Positions 8,781 through 18,765 of a stretch of DNA of 64,000 nt are shown piece by piece. The position numbers and the translations under genes were made by a program. Under the pieces are notes generated by a model. That model was not told the DNA's origin. It did no database searches and worked only from the letters and a program-made list of their open reading frames with translations. Source of the stretch: a virus. The stretch lies in the IMG/VR virus record IMGVR_UViG_3300027782_000040. One strand, written 5' to 3'. Numbering within the stretch: position 1 is the stretch's first letter; the number at the start of each line of letters is the position of its first letter.

Positions 8781-8850
8781 CTATACCTATTTTTTTCTAT
8801 ATATCTATGTATTTATAGGATAAGAATAAGTATATCTAACAATTTATAAA

Positions 8851-9825
8851 ATGGCAGAAATAAAACCACTTGGTAGTGAAAAACTTAACTCAGATGAGAA
8901 ATTAAAAAGGATTCTTGAGTTAACATACTACAACAATAATAAGAAATCATCATCTATGAAGGCTGAATTAGTTCAGGAATCAAAAACAGGTGGTGTATAT
9001 GGTATTGTGAGAGAGAAAGACGCATACTATGTTAAAAGAGGTTTAAATGAGCAATCGCTTGATTATATCGGTGGAATGTTTATGAAAAACAAAAACAAAT
9101 TTTCATCTTATGGTGATGCTTTTAAGAGACTTGAATTGTTAAAAGGTCAAGACGAATTACAAGAAGCAACAAAGTATGTTTTAAAACAAAACAAACCACA
9201 AGAAGAAATGCCAATGCCAGAACCATCTATGGATGCTCCTGAGGCACCTGTGGACGATATGTCAACTCAACCAGCACCCGATGCTGCACCAACAGATGGC
9301 GGTTCTGTACCTTCAGAAACACCTCCAACAGATGGTGGAGAAGATATGGGAAAACGTTCAAGTTATATGGCTGAAGCTCAAAAATATGCGGGTAAATTAG
9401 GTCAAGAATTAAGAGATTTACATGATAGAATGGAAAGTGACGATATCAAATATATTTTAAATATGATTATTTCGGCGGTTGATTTGGATAAATTATCTGA
9501 TGAAGATATTGAAGATGTTGCTAAGAAATTTGAAAGAGAGGAAGAAGAAGGTGGAATGGGTTCAGAAGAACCAAGTGCGGAAGTTCCTTCTGAGGAACCA
9601 GCAGTAGAACCTGAAGCTGAAATGGGTGAATACGATGCTATGGGTTCATTAGAAGAATTTGTTGAAACCCCAATGGACACAGATGAAATTGATTTATCAA
9701 AATACTCAATTAAAGAAACAGGTGACGAATATAACGAAGATAATATTCAAGAACTTGATTTAGATGAAATCAAGAATGAAATCAATAGTAGTATTAGTCA
9801 AACTTTACACAAATACTTTAAATAA
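8851..9825 (+). CDS. hypothetical acidic protein, probably head-associated
   Basis: 324 aa, TATTTATA motif upstream, acidic Pro-rich linkers. Confidence 0.7.
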   Translation: MAEIKPLGSEKLNSDEKLKRILELTYYNNNKKSSSMKAELVQESKTGGVYGIVREKDAYYVKRGLNEQSLDYIGGMFMKNKNKFSSYGDAFKRLELLKGQDELQEATKYVLKQNKPQEEMPMPEPSMDAPEAPVDDMSTQPAPDAAPTDGGSVPSETPPTDGGEDMGKRSSYMAEAQKYAGKLGQELRDLHDRMESDDIKYILNMIISAVDLDKLSDEDIEDVAKKFEREEEEGGMGSEEPSAEVPSEEPAVEPEAEMGEYDAMGSLEEFVETPMDTDEIDLSKYSIKETGDEYNEDNIQELDLDEIKNEINSSISQTLHKYFK

Positions 9826-10227
9826 ATGCATCTTATATATGTCAATGAAATCGGTTCGGATTACAAAGGTCAAAAACAGTACGAATTCGTATTTAGTGAA
9901 AGTACCGAAATTGACATGGGAGATTGGTTTGCAATACCTGCATCGTCTGTCTCAAGGTCTAAATCACCTGACGTCGAATATGTTGATGTAGTTGGATTAT
10001 TAAAAGATACAGATTTACAATTAGAACTTATACAAAACTCCGATTTTTTCGGAGTTATTGATGCCGTAGATGGTGTAATATCATTGGCATGGGAAAAGTT
10101 CGATTTTGATAACGAATTTGAAAGATTAACATTTAAATTCGGGGAACCAATTGAATCTGTCACAAAAAAATTAAAAAATAGGAATTATAGTTTATTAAAC
10201 GAAGAAATTAAAATCAAAGAATTATGA
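9826..10227 (+). CDS. hypothetical protein
   Basis: 133 aa ORF abutting or overlapping both neighbours. Confidence 0.7.
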   Translation: MHLIYVNEIGSDYKGQKQYEFVFSESTEIDMGDWFAIPASSVSRSKSPDVEYVDVVGLLKDTDLQLELIQNSDFFGVIDAVDGVISLAWEKFDFDNEFERLTFKFGEPIESVTKKLKNRNYSLLNEEIKIKEL

Positions 10228-11399
10228 AAAGAGACGTTATAGTTAGTCAGTTAATCAAAGAAGGATTTTCTGAAAAAACATTGGTTAGATTTAGTGATAA
10301 ACAACTTTCAGATTTACATGAAAGAATTGTTATTGATGCTGACAAATTAAAAACAGATCAAAAATTAAAAGATTTGGCAAATGACCCAAATACTGAGGTT
10401 GAGGTTGAAGAGGAATTAAAGGGTAAACAAAAGAACATTGATAAAAACCATAACGGTGAAATTGATGCTGAGGACTTTGCAATTTTAAACAAAGAAAAGA
10501 AAGGTGAAGCTAAAGAAGATGTAAATGAGGCTGATATGGGTTTAACCGTAAAAGGTTCAAAATCAAGTAGTACCTCTCTATTTGGAGGAACACCTAAAAA
10601 ATCAAGTTCTCCTAAAAAGAAATCTACACCAAAGAAAAAAGAAGAAGGTGAAACTGAAGAGGGAGAAGTGGATGAATCATTAAATGGTCTTATGCTTGGT
10701 GTAATTAAAGATAAATTAAGTAAAGATTTAGGTAGAGAACCTGAGGACCACGAAATCGATAAAGCACATGAAGATTTTGTCAATAGTTGGAAAAAAGACA
10801 ACGAATCAAAAGAAAGAATGAAAAAAAATCCTTATAAACCAGAAAAACGACCTAGTCCAAATTTTAACGGTCATAAAAAGAAAAAAGAAGAAGATGTGGA
10901 AGAAGGTGATTATCACAATGAAAGAAGTGAAAAGGCGTTAGAGAAATCTAAAGAAGATTTTCCACAACTTAAAAATATTAAAAAATGTGATGATTGTGGA
11001 AAGGTGGAATCTAAATGTAAGTGTAAAAAAGAAGATATTAAAGAAGTAAAAAATTGGGTTAAAGGTTTGGTAGAGAATAAAGAATTTCATAGTTTTACGT
11101 CTAAAAGCGAAATTATGGAACTTATCCAAACTAAACTTACCGAGTCAAATACAATGGTTCAACACGGACCTAAAGTTAAAAAGGGACACAACGGTATTCC
11201 TGAGTTTATGTCATATGATGCAATTGTAGATGCTGAACCAAAAACAGCACCAAGTAAACCTGCACCACAAACAAAACCAGGTACAAGACCTACACCGACA
11301 AGAAGAGAAGACCCAAGAAAAACTCCTTTTAAACAACCTGGCCCGGGACCAAACCCAAAACCAAAGGCTAAAATGGCGGAAGAAAAAAAAGTTAACTAA
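10224..11399 (+). CDS. charged low-complexity protein with an EF-hand-like loop, probably head-internal
   Basis: DKNHNGEIDAED loop; many [LVI]-x-E sites. Confidence 0.65.
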   Translation: MKRDVIVSQLIKEGFSEKTLVRFSDKQLSDLHERIVIDADKLKTDQKLKDLANDPNTEVEVEEELKGKQKNIDKNHNGEIDAEDFAILNKEKKGEAKEDVNEADMGLTVKGSKSSSTSLFGGTPKKSSSPKKKSTPKKKEEGETEEGEVDESLNGLMLGVIKDKLSKDLGREPEDHEIDKAHEDFVNSWKKDNESKERMKKNPYKPEKRPSPNFNGHKKKKEEDVEEGDYHNERSEKALEKSKEDFPQLKNIKKCDDCGKVESKCKCKKEDIKEVKNWVKGLVENKEFHSFTSKSEIMELIQTKLTESNTMVQHGPKVKKGHNGIPEFMSYDAIVDAEPKTAPSKPAPQTKPGTRPTPTRREDPRKTPFKQPGPGPNPKPKAKMAEEKKVN

Positions 11400-11401
11400 T
11401 A

Positions 11402-12799
11402 ATGAGAATATCTAAGAAAAAACTCTTATCTTTAATCAAAGAAAATTTGAACGAAATGCCGATGGACTTTGATTCACAAGATAGACCTGACCAAGGGGTA
11501 CAAGATAAATTATCATCGGGAGAAACTCCGTTGAAAAAAATACCATTACCACAGACGGGAAATGAACCTAATAAGAACTTCCAAGAACTTTTAGCTTCAG
11601 AAAGATATAAACAAGTTGTTGAGAAAATGAGACAATATACGGGTACCAATTCAACTATAAGTGGTATGCAAGGTATGAGCCCATTGATGCAACAAATGAT
11701 GAGTGCTCATAATCAAATTTTATCGTTTGAACAAAATCATAGAAGAGAATTGGAAGCGTTAGCGGTAGATTTAGTTAAAAAAGAATTAGGTATTCCAGAA
11801 GGTTCAGTTCAATATGATGCAAGAATTATTGGTATGGGTGAATTTAACCCTGAAGATTTTGGTCATGATGAGGAAGAACAAGGTGGTGACGAAGAGGGTG
11901 GTGAAGAGGAAATGAATTTTGGTAATGAAATTGAAATCGTTAATGATTTAGAAAATCTTAATTTAGAGAAAGCAAAAAGAAGATTTATTAATACAATTAT
12001 ACAGGGGGCATCTAAAAGAGGTCACTATATGTATCATTATGTTGAAGATAGAGTTAGAGAAATTGTGGGTAATGATAGAATCATTGGATTGTACGGTATT
12101 ATGATGTCAGTAAATGACGCATTATATTGGCAATTACCTGATGAAACTATGAAATCAATGGGACAGGCGGGTGCGATTGCAGGTAGAGAAGATGTTGATA
12201 GACAAACAGACCCACCAACGGTTAAAGCAAGAGCGGTAAACTTTCCAGTTTTAATACATGAATTAATTAAAGGAACATTAGAGTTGGTTGCATTACACGG
12301 TAGAAAAAGAGATGAAGAAGGTAATGAAGAAGATTTTACAGCAATTGAAGATAGTGAAGATACATTAGAAAAAGAAATGTGGGATTTACGTTTAGGACCT
12401 GTAATTTGGGATAGAATTAGGTCTAAATTTCCTGAAGATGTATTAACTGACGAAACAAAATCAATTATTCAATTAATGGTTTTCCAACATATTTTCAAAA
12501 AACCAGCAAAAGAGTTTTTAGTGTTTATGAAGGAAGTTGTTTCTAACTCTGAAAGTGGAAATCGTTTAATGGAAACTTTAGTAAGAGCAATTGAAGAAGA
12601 CATTAACAATTACGATTACGAACAGACAATGGCGGAATTTGATGAGGATTTAAATAATGTTTCCGATGAAACAGATAACAATGAATTAAAAGATTTTATA
12701 TCAGGAATACCTGGTATTAGTTTATCTAATGATAATGACGAAGAGGATGACGATGATGACCTCTTTAAAGAGTTAGGTTTAGATAGACCTACGAAATAA
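11402..12799 (+). CDS. hypothetical protein upstream of terminase
   Basis: 465 aa ORF with leader MRISKKKLLSLIKENLNE. Confidence 0.75.
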   Translation: MRISKKKLLSLIKENLNEMPMDFDSQDRPDQGVQDKLSSGETPLKKIPLPQTGNEPNKNFQELLASERYKQVVEKMRQYTGTNSTISGMQGMSPLMQQMMSAHNQILSFEQNHRRELEALAVDLVKKELGIPEGSVQYDARIIGMGEFNPEDFGHDEEEQGGDEEGGEEEMNFGNEIEIVNDLENLNLEKAKRRFINTIIQGASKRGHYMYHYVEDRVREIVGNDRIIGLYGIMMSVNDALYWQLPDETMKSMGQAGAIAGREDVDRQTDPPTVKARAVNFPVLIHELIKGTLELVALHGRKRDEEGNEEDFTAIEDSEDTLEKEMWDLRLGPVIWDRIRSKFPEDVLTDETKSIIQLMVFQHIFKKPAKEFLVFMKEVVSNSESGNRLMETLVRAIEEDINNYDYEQTMAEFDEDLNNVSDETDNNELKDFISGIPGISLSNDNDEEDDDDDLFKELGLDRPTK

Positions 12800-12802
12800 T
12801 AC

Positions 12803-12832
12803 AAAGGTGGTTTACAATAACCACCTTTTTTT
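12803..12832 (+). terminator. Rho-independent terminator
   Basis: AAAGGTGGTT-TACAAT-AACCACCTTT stem followed by a T run. Confidence 0.75.
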
Positions 12833-12846
12833 GTATTTATACATAT

Positions 12847-14622
12847 ATGAATACCAGAGCAGAACAATTAATGGAGTATGCTAAGATTATTAAAGATACC
12901 CCATACGCCCTTAGAACATACCTTCAAACGTTTGACAATACACAGAAGAAGTATGTCCCGATGGATTTGTTTGAGGACCAAATTCAATTAATTAACGATT
13001 ACGAAAATTACAACGAAAACATTACAAGAAAGTATAGACAAGCTGGAGTTACAACTGTAACTGCAGCATGGTTATCAAAAAAATTACAATTAGCAAAACC
13101 TGATAATCCTGAAAGGGTTCTACTTATCGCGAACAAACGTGATACCGCGGTGGAGATGGCTAATAAGGTTAGACATTTCATAGAACAATGGCCTGATTGG
13201 ATTAATGTTGGGTTCTCACCTGATAAAAACTCAGAAAGTAGATTTAGATTAAATAATGGTTGTGAGGTTAAGGCGGTTGCAACATCGGCGGATGCCCTTC
13301 GTGGTTATACACCTACCATACTTGTATTTGATGAGGCTGCATATATTGAAGCGGGTGATGATTTTTGGGCGGCATCTATGGCATCCCTATCAACGGGTGG
13401 TAAGATTATTCTTATCTCCACACCAAATGGTTATGATGCTATCTATTACGGTGTTTACGACCAAGCATTACGTGGAATCAATGATTTCCATATAACTGAT
13501 TTAAGATGGTTTAAAGACCCTCGTTACACCAAAGATTTACGTTGGGTTAAATGTCAAGACATCTGTCACTACATGTTGAATAGAGAACAATATAATGATG
13601 ATGAAGTTGTTCTACATGATTTTGATATGAAAGAGTACAATAAACTAATTGAGGATGGTTATAAACCATTTTCATCTTGGTTTGAATCAATGTCTAAAAA
13701 ATTCAAATACGATAGACGTAAAATTGCTCAGGAGTTGGAATGTGATTTCTTAGGTTCAGGTGATGGGGTTATACCTACTGATATTCAAGAGAACATAGCA
13801 AAAAATATGATTCGTATTCCTAAAGAAAAATACATGCAAGGTACTTTCTGGCAATGGAAAGAACCAATTGAAGGTCATCGTTATATTATGGGTGTGGATG
13901 TTAGTAGAGGGGATAGTGAGGACTTTTCATCAATTAATATTATTGATTTTGACGATAGAGAACAAGTTGTTGAATATATTGGTAAAATACCTCCAGATGA
14001 TTTGGCGAATATAGCATACAAATGGGGTATTTTATATGACGCTTTCATTGTAATTGATATCACAGGTGGTATGGGAGTTGCAACATCTAGAAAGTTACAA
14101 GAAATGAATTATAAAAGTTTATTCATTGATGGTATTAACACACAGAACATTTGGGAATACAATAAAAAGGCTTTAGATAAAATACCAGGAATTAGTTTTA
14201 ACAATAAAAGAACCCAAATCGTGGCGGCCTTTGAAGAACAACTTAGAAAAGGATTTTTAGTAAGGTCTAGTAGATTATTAAATGAACTCAATACGTTTGT
14301 TTATCTGAATGGAAGACCTGACCATATGAAAGGAATGCACGATGACTCAATTATGAGTATGTCTATGGCATTATATGCTGGTGATATTTCATTCAATCAA
14401 TTACAAAAAAATGATTCCAAAAATAAAGCAATGATAGATTCATGGGTTATGTCTGAAAGAACTTACGAACCGGCCAAAACTCATTATTCTTATGGTTCAT
14501 CTTTTGACCAAATAGGGGCTATGGGTATGGACACTAACGACATTTATCACAAAGACAACCCAACAAACGTACCTAAAGACGCATATAAAGAACATATGTG
14601 GTTATTTGGGAAATCTAAATAA
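12847..14622 (+). CDS. terminase large subunit (T4 gp17-like)
   Basis: RQAGVTT Walker A variant, LVFDEAA Walker B, ISTPNG, nuclease GVDVSRG and HDD. Confidence 0.95.
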   Translation: MNTRAEQLMEYAKIIKDTPYALRTYLQTFDNTQKKYVPMDLFEDQIQLINDYENYNENITRKYRQAGVTTVTAAWLSKKLQLAKPDNPERVLLIANKRDTAVEMANKVRHFIEQWPDWINVGFSPDKNSESRFRLNNGCEVKAVATSADALRGYTPTILVFDEAAYIEAGDDFWAASMASLSTGGKIILISTPNGYDAIYYGVYDQALRGINDFHITDLRWFKDPRYTKDLRWVKCQDICHYMLNREQYNDDEVVLHDFDMKEYNKLIEDGYKPFSSWFESMSKKFKYDRRKIAQELECDFLGSGDGVIPTDIQENIAKNMIRIPKEKYMQGTFWQWKEPIEGHRYIMGVDVSRGDSEDFSSINIIDFDDREQVVEYIGKIPPDDLANIAYKWGILYDAFIVIDITGGMGVATSRKLQEMNYKSLFIDGINTQNIWEYNKKALDKIPGISFNNKRTQIVAAFEEQLRKGFLVRSSRLLNELNTFVYLNGRPDHMKGMHDDSIMSMSMALYAGDISFNQLQKNDSKNKAMIDSWVMSERTYEPAKTHYSYGSSFDQIGAMGMDTNDIYHKDNPTNVPKDAYKEHMWLFGKSK

Positions 14623-14676
14623 TATTCCAAATACCAAATATTTAGTTTATATTATAAAGAAAAGTATTTATATAGA

Positions 14677-16500
14677 ATGGCAAATCAAAATCCTACCGTC
14701 TTTCAGAAACTAACAAGAATGTTTGGTTTTCCGGGTCAAATTAAAGCTGATCAGGCACCATCATTTAATTTCAACAAAGATGAATTATTAAAAACGGATA
14801 GTAAAGAAGATTATGAAAAGGCAATGTTACAGGCTCAACAGAGTCAATACATTGCTGACAAGTGGACAAAATTAGATCAATCTCTTTATAATCAATCGGT
14901 TTATTATGAACCGAATAGAATGGCAGCATACTACGACTATGAATCTATGGAGTTTACTCCTGAAGTTTCAGCAGCGTTAGATATATACGCTGAAGAATCA
15001 ACTACAATGTCAGAGAAGGGTGAAATCCTTACAATATATTCTGAATCAGATAGAATTAAATCAATACTTCAAGATTTATTCCACACAAAAATGGATATCA
15101 ATACTAACCTACAAATGTGGGCTCGTGGTATGTCTAAGTACGGTGATGATTTTGTTTATTTAAAGATTGACCCTGAAAAAGGTATTGTTGGAGTTCAACA
15201 ATTACCAAATATTGAAATTGAAAGAATCGAAGGTGCTGGAACAAAAACCGCAGGACCTCATGATATTAAAGTTCCAACACGTGAATTAAGATTTCAATGG
15301 AAGAATAAAGATTTGGAATTTCAAGCATGGGAAGTCGCTCACTTTAGATTATTAGGTGATGATAGAAAACTTCCTTATGGAACTTCTATGTTAGATAAAA
15401 TTAGAAGAATTTGGAAACAACTTTTACTTGCTGAAGATGCAATGTTAATCTATAGAACATCAAGAGCACCCGAAAGACGTGTGTTTAAAATATTTGTTGG
15501 TAATATGGACGATAAAGATATTGAATCTTACGTACAAAAAGTTGCAAATAAATTTAAACGTAGTCCAATAGCCGACCCACGTAATGGTCAGGTGGATATG
15601 AGATATAATCAAATGGCAGTTGACCAAGATTATTTTGTTCCTGTTCGTGATGCATCTCAAACAATGCCAATTGAAACTTTACCTGGTGCACAAAACTTAG
15701 GTGAAATTGCTGACATTGAATATATTCAAAAGAAAATGTTAGCAGCACTTCGTATTCCTAAAGCATTTTTAGGATTTGAAGAAGTAGTTGGTGACGGAAA
15801 GAATCTTGCATTAATGGATATCCGTTTTGCAAGAACAATTAATAAAATACAAAAATCATTAATACAAGAGTTAAATAAAGTTGCATTAATTCATTTATAT
15901 CTTTTAGGTATGGAAGATGAATTGAATAATTTTACTTTATCATTAACTAACCCATCAGCACAATCTGATTTGTTAAGGCTTGAGCAGTGGAAGGAAAAGG
16001 TAACACTTTACAAAGATGCGACTTCCGACCAGTCACAAGTTGGTATCTTGCCGGTGTCGCATACATGGGCAAAGAAGAATATTTTAGGGTTTAGTGACAG
16101 TGAAGTCGTACTTGATTTACAACAACAACGTTTAGAAAGAGCTATAGGTTTTGAATTAACTAATACACAGAATATTATTAAACGATCAGGTGTGTTCGAT
16201 GAGGTTGATTCCAAATACGGAATCCCTGAAGAAGAGAGAGAAAAACTTGAAGCTGCCGGTGCATTGGGTGGTGAAAATCCTGAAGGAGGTGGTATGGATA
16301 TGGGTGGCGGTGGAGCACCTGAACCACCAGCAGCAGGTGGAGGAGAACCACCGTTAAGTGAATCTAAATCAAAGAAATCTAAAATATTAGGTATGTTAGG
16401 TGAAGAGAAAGAAGATTTTAGCTCACTATTTGATATGAAACGCGCACAACAGAATATTTATGAGATAGAGAATAAATTGAAGGATATTTTAAATGACTAA
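14677..16500 (+). CDS. portal protein (T4 gp20-like)
   Basis: EDAMLIYRTSRAPERRVFKIFVGN, IETLPGAQNL and ALRIP motifs. Confidence 0.95.
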   Translation: MANQNPTVFQKLTRMFGFPGQIKADQAPSFNFNKDELLKTDSKEDYEKAMLQAQQSQYIADKWTKLDQSLYNQSVYYEPNRMAAYYDYESMEFTPEVSAALDIYAEESTTMSEKGEILTIYSESDRIKSILQDLFHTKMDINTNLQMWARGMSKYGDDFVYLKIDPEKGIVGVQQLPNIEIERIEGAGTKTAGPHDIKVPTRELRFQWKNKDLEFQAWEVAHFRLLGDDRKLPYGTSMLDKIRRIWKQLLLAEDAMLIYRTSRAPERRVFKIFVGNMDDKDIESYVQKVANKFKRSPIADPRNGQVDMRYNQMAVDQDYFVPVRDASQTMPIETLPGAQNLGEIADIEYIQKKMLAALRIPKAFLGFEEVVGDGKNLALMDIRFARTINKIQKSLIQELNKVALIHLYLLGMEDELNNFTLSLTNPSAQSDLLRLEQWKEKVTLYKDATSDQSQVGILPVSHTWAKKNILGFSDSEVVLDLQQQRLERAIGFELTNTQNIIKRSGVFDEVDSKYGIPEEEREKLEAAGALGGENPEGGGMDMGGGGAPEPPAAGGGEPPLSESKSKKSKILGMLGEEKEDFSSLFDMKRAQQNIYEIENKLKDILND

Positions 16501-16502
16501 AA

Positions 16503-17240
16503 ATGAACAAATTCGGAACAATAAAAAGTAAATTATTAACTAAATTAACTGAGTCTTACGCTAATGAAAATAAAGCCGAGATAAAGGATATACTAACTAC
16601 AATTAAAGAAAACAAAGATTTTAAAGAAATGTATTTGTTCTATGAAGAAATTGAAAACAAATATATTGAAGATAAAGAAACTGCAAAATTATATGTCGAG
16701 GGGGTTATTGGAATCTTAAAACAACAAATGGAAGATTTAACAACATTTTGTACATCATTAAATAAAATGATTAATGTAGAGACAATTAATGAAAATGAAA
16801 TTTATAGTTCTTTAGACGTATTAATAGAAAACGATAAATTATCTAATATTGAAAAGAAAGTAATTGCAAAGAAGAAATTAGTAGAACATTTAACAACTAA
16901 AAAGGAAATAAAGGAATCTAAAGATTCAACATTAATCCCAAATGAAAATTTATTAAATGCCGTTTTAACAAATAACTTTAATGTTCTTTATTCTAATACA
17001 TTATCGGAACAACAAAAAGAAGAGTTAAAGAACATCCTTTCTTTATCTCATGAAGATGTATTAACTAAAACAACTGAATTAAAGGAATCTATTATCAATC
17101 AAGTATCTACACTTATAAGTGAATCAAATGAAACTGATTTATCAACTAAATTAAAGAAAGTGAAAGATGAGGTTAACGAAATGTTCCCATCCAAATTAAA
17201 TTATTACAGATTAACAGAATTAAAAAATGGACTTAACTAA
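16503..17240 (+). CDS. hypothetical head-module protein
   Basis: 245 aa helical ORF directly after portal. Confidence 0.75.
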   Translation: MNKFGTIKSKLLTKLTESYANENKAEIKDILTTIKENKDFKEMYLFYEEIENKYIEDKETAKLYVEGVIGILKQQMEDLTTFCTSLNKMINVETINENEIYSSLDVLIENDKLSNIEKKVIAKKKLVEHLTTKKEIKESKDSTLIPNENLLNAVLTNNFNVLYSNTLSEQQKEELKNILSLSHEDVLTKTTELKESIINQVSTLISESNETDLSTKLKKVKDEVNEMFPSKLNYYRLTELKNGLN

Positions 17241-17255
17241 GTCCATTTCTTTTTT
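17225..17255. terminator. hairpin / probable bidirectional terminator at a convergent gene junction
   Basis: AAATGGACTT-AACT-AAGTCCATTT perfect inverted repeat flanked by A-rich and T-rich tracts. Confidence 0.55.
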
Positions 17256-17424
17256 GTTGTAGATATACCGCTTTCAATTTTTCAGTTCTTTTCTTAACAG
17301 AAGGTTTAACAAACTGTTGTCTCTCCCTTAATTTTTGAACTTGTTTTGTTTTCTGAACTTTTTGTTTATAAGTTCTTAACGCAGTCTCAATACTTTTCTC
17401 TTTTTGTAAATCAATTATAATCAT
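17233..17424 (-). CDS. rpsU: phage-encoded ribosomal protein bS21
   Basis: 63 aa basic protein with SIETALRTYKQK...LRERQQFVKPSVKKR...KAVY, matching Bacteroidota bS21. Confidence 0.9.
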   Translation of the reverse strand: MIIIDLQKEKSIETALRTYKQKVQKTKQVQKLRERQQFVKPSVKKRTEKLKAVYLQQKRNGLS

Positions 17425-17442
17425 ATATAAATAAATATATTA

Positions 17443-17475
17443 CAAATATATGAAAGTATTTTTGGAATAATCAAA
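17443..17475 (-). promoter_or_regulatory. Bacteroidota sigma70-type promoter for bS21
   Basis: Minus strand TTTG-N21-TATATTTG. Confidence 0.55.
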
Positions 17476-17529
17476 TATTTTATTTATTTTTTATAAAACA
17501 CCATAAAATAAAAATAATATGAAATTATA

Positions 17530-17955
17530 ATGAAAATTGGTAAGTATATTCCATTGGGAACGTACAATGAAGTAAAAATCGGTTATGGTACCGTAGATTT
17601 TAAAAATCTGAAAACCATATATCTTAAATTAAATTCGTGGTTACAACCCGAAAACGAAACGGACGACTTCAACCATTTGATTGGAAAATCAAGAAGAAAG
17701 ATTAAAGAAATAATTTACAACTTAAAAAGTCCGTATTTTAAAGACCAATCTATTGTAGATTTAGATGTTAGAACTAAAGGGATTAAGTTAGAAAAGAGGT
17801 CCTTTATGAATTTGGAGGTAACATTATATGTTAACAATCAATTCGACATTAAATCAAAAGATGTTAAAATAATCATTAATGATTTATTCGAACATATCAT
17901 AGATGAAGGGTTATCTGATAAAAAACTATTCAATTTTTACAAAACAAAGAAATAA
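17530..17955 (+). CDS. hypothetical protein
   Basis: 141 aa ORF. Confidence 0.7.
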   Translation: MKIGKYIPLGTYNEVKIGYGTVDFKNLKTIYLKLNSWLQPENETDDFNHLIGKSRRKIKEIIYNLKSPYFKDQSIVDLDVRTKGIKLEKRSFMNLEVTLYVNNQFDIKSKDVKIIINDLFEHIIDEGLSDKKLFNFYKTKK

Positions 17956-17993
17956 GTTAGATATTGATGTATTTATAGTAATAAAAACTATAA

Positions 17994-18677
17994 ATGAAGG
18001 TATTAGGACCAAAAGAAACCGGCAGAGGATTATTAATTGAGTATGATGCTGGTCACGTATCTCCAGAAGAGAATAAAAAAATAATTTCAGAAATGAAGAA
18101 CATGGACTTTTCACAGGACATGATTCTTTATGCTGTTTTACAAAAATACGACACTCCGAATAAGAACGGAAGGATTTATCCTGAGATGTTACTTAAGAGA
18201 GAAAACGAAAAATACCAAACAATTATTAAGAAGGGTGGAGCTTTAAATGAATTAAATCACCCAACATCTTCACTTATCGATTTAGATAGAATTTCACATT
18301 CAATTCTAGAAACATGGTGGGATGGTAAAATCCTTATGGGTAAGATAAAACTATTCACTTCGCCAGGTTGGAAGAAGATGGGTATTGTTTCTACCAAAGG
18401 AGACCAAGCGGCTATGTTATTAATGAACGGAGCAACTTTGGGTATCTCTTCACGTGGAGTAGGTTCACTTAAACAAGTTAAAGGTGAGAACATTGTACAA
18501 GACGACTTTGAATTAGTTTGTTTTGATTTAGTTTCATCTCCATCTACACCTGGTGCATATGTTTTTAGTGACCCATCTGAAAGAGACCAATATCAAGAAT
18601 CTACAATTGAAAAACCCGTAGTTGAGGACAGAATGAAAAAACTAATGGGTAGATTAGATACATTTCTATCTAAATAA
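17994..18677 (+). CDS. prohead protease (T4 gp21-like)
   Basis: NKNGRIYP, ELNHP, ISH, GISSRGVGS and FDLVSSPSTPGA motifs. Confidence 0.95.
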   Translation: MKVLGPKETGRGLLIEYDAGHVSPEENKKIISEMKNMDFSQDMILYAVLQKYDTPNKNGRIYPEMLLKRENEKYQTIIKKGGALNELNHPTSSLIDLDRISHSILETWWDGKILMGKIKLFTSPGWKKMGIVSTKGDQAAMLLMNGATLGISSRGVGSLKQVKGENIVQDDFELVCFDLVSSPSTPGAYVFSDPSERDQYQESTIEKPVVEDRMKKLMGRLDTFLSK

Positions 18678-18765
18678 TTAATTTATTAGGGGTGGGAATA
18701 TTGAAATAGTCAATTTTTCCAAATTTCCAAGTATTTATAAGGTAATAAAACAACAAATTTTACAA

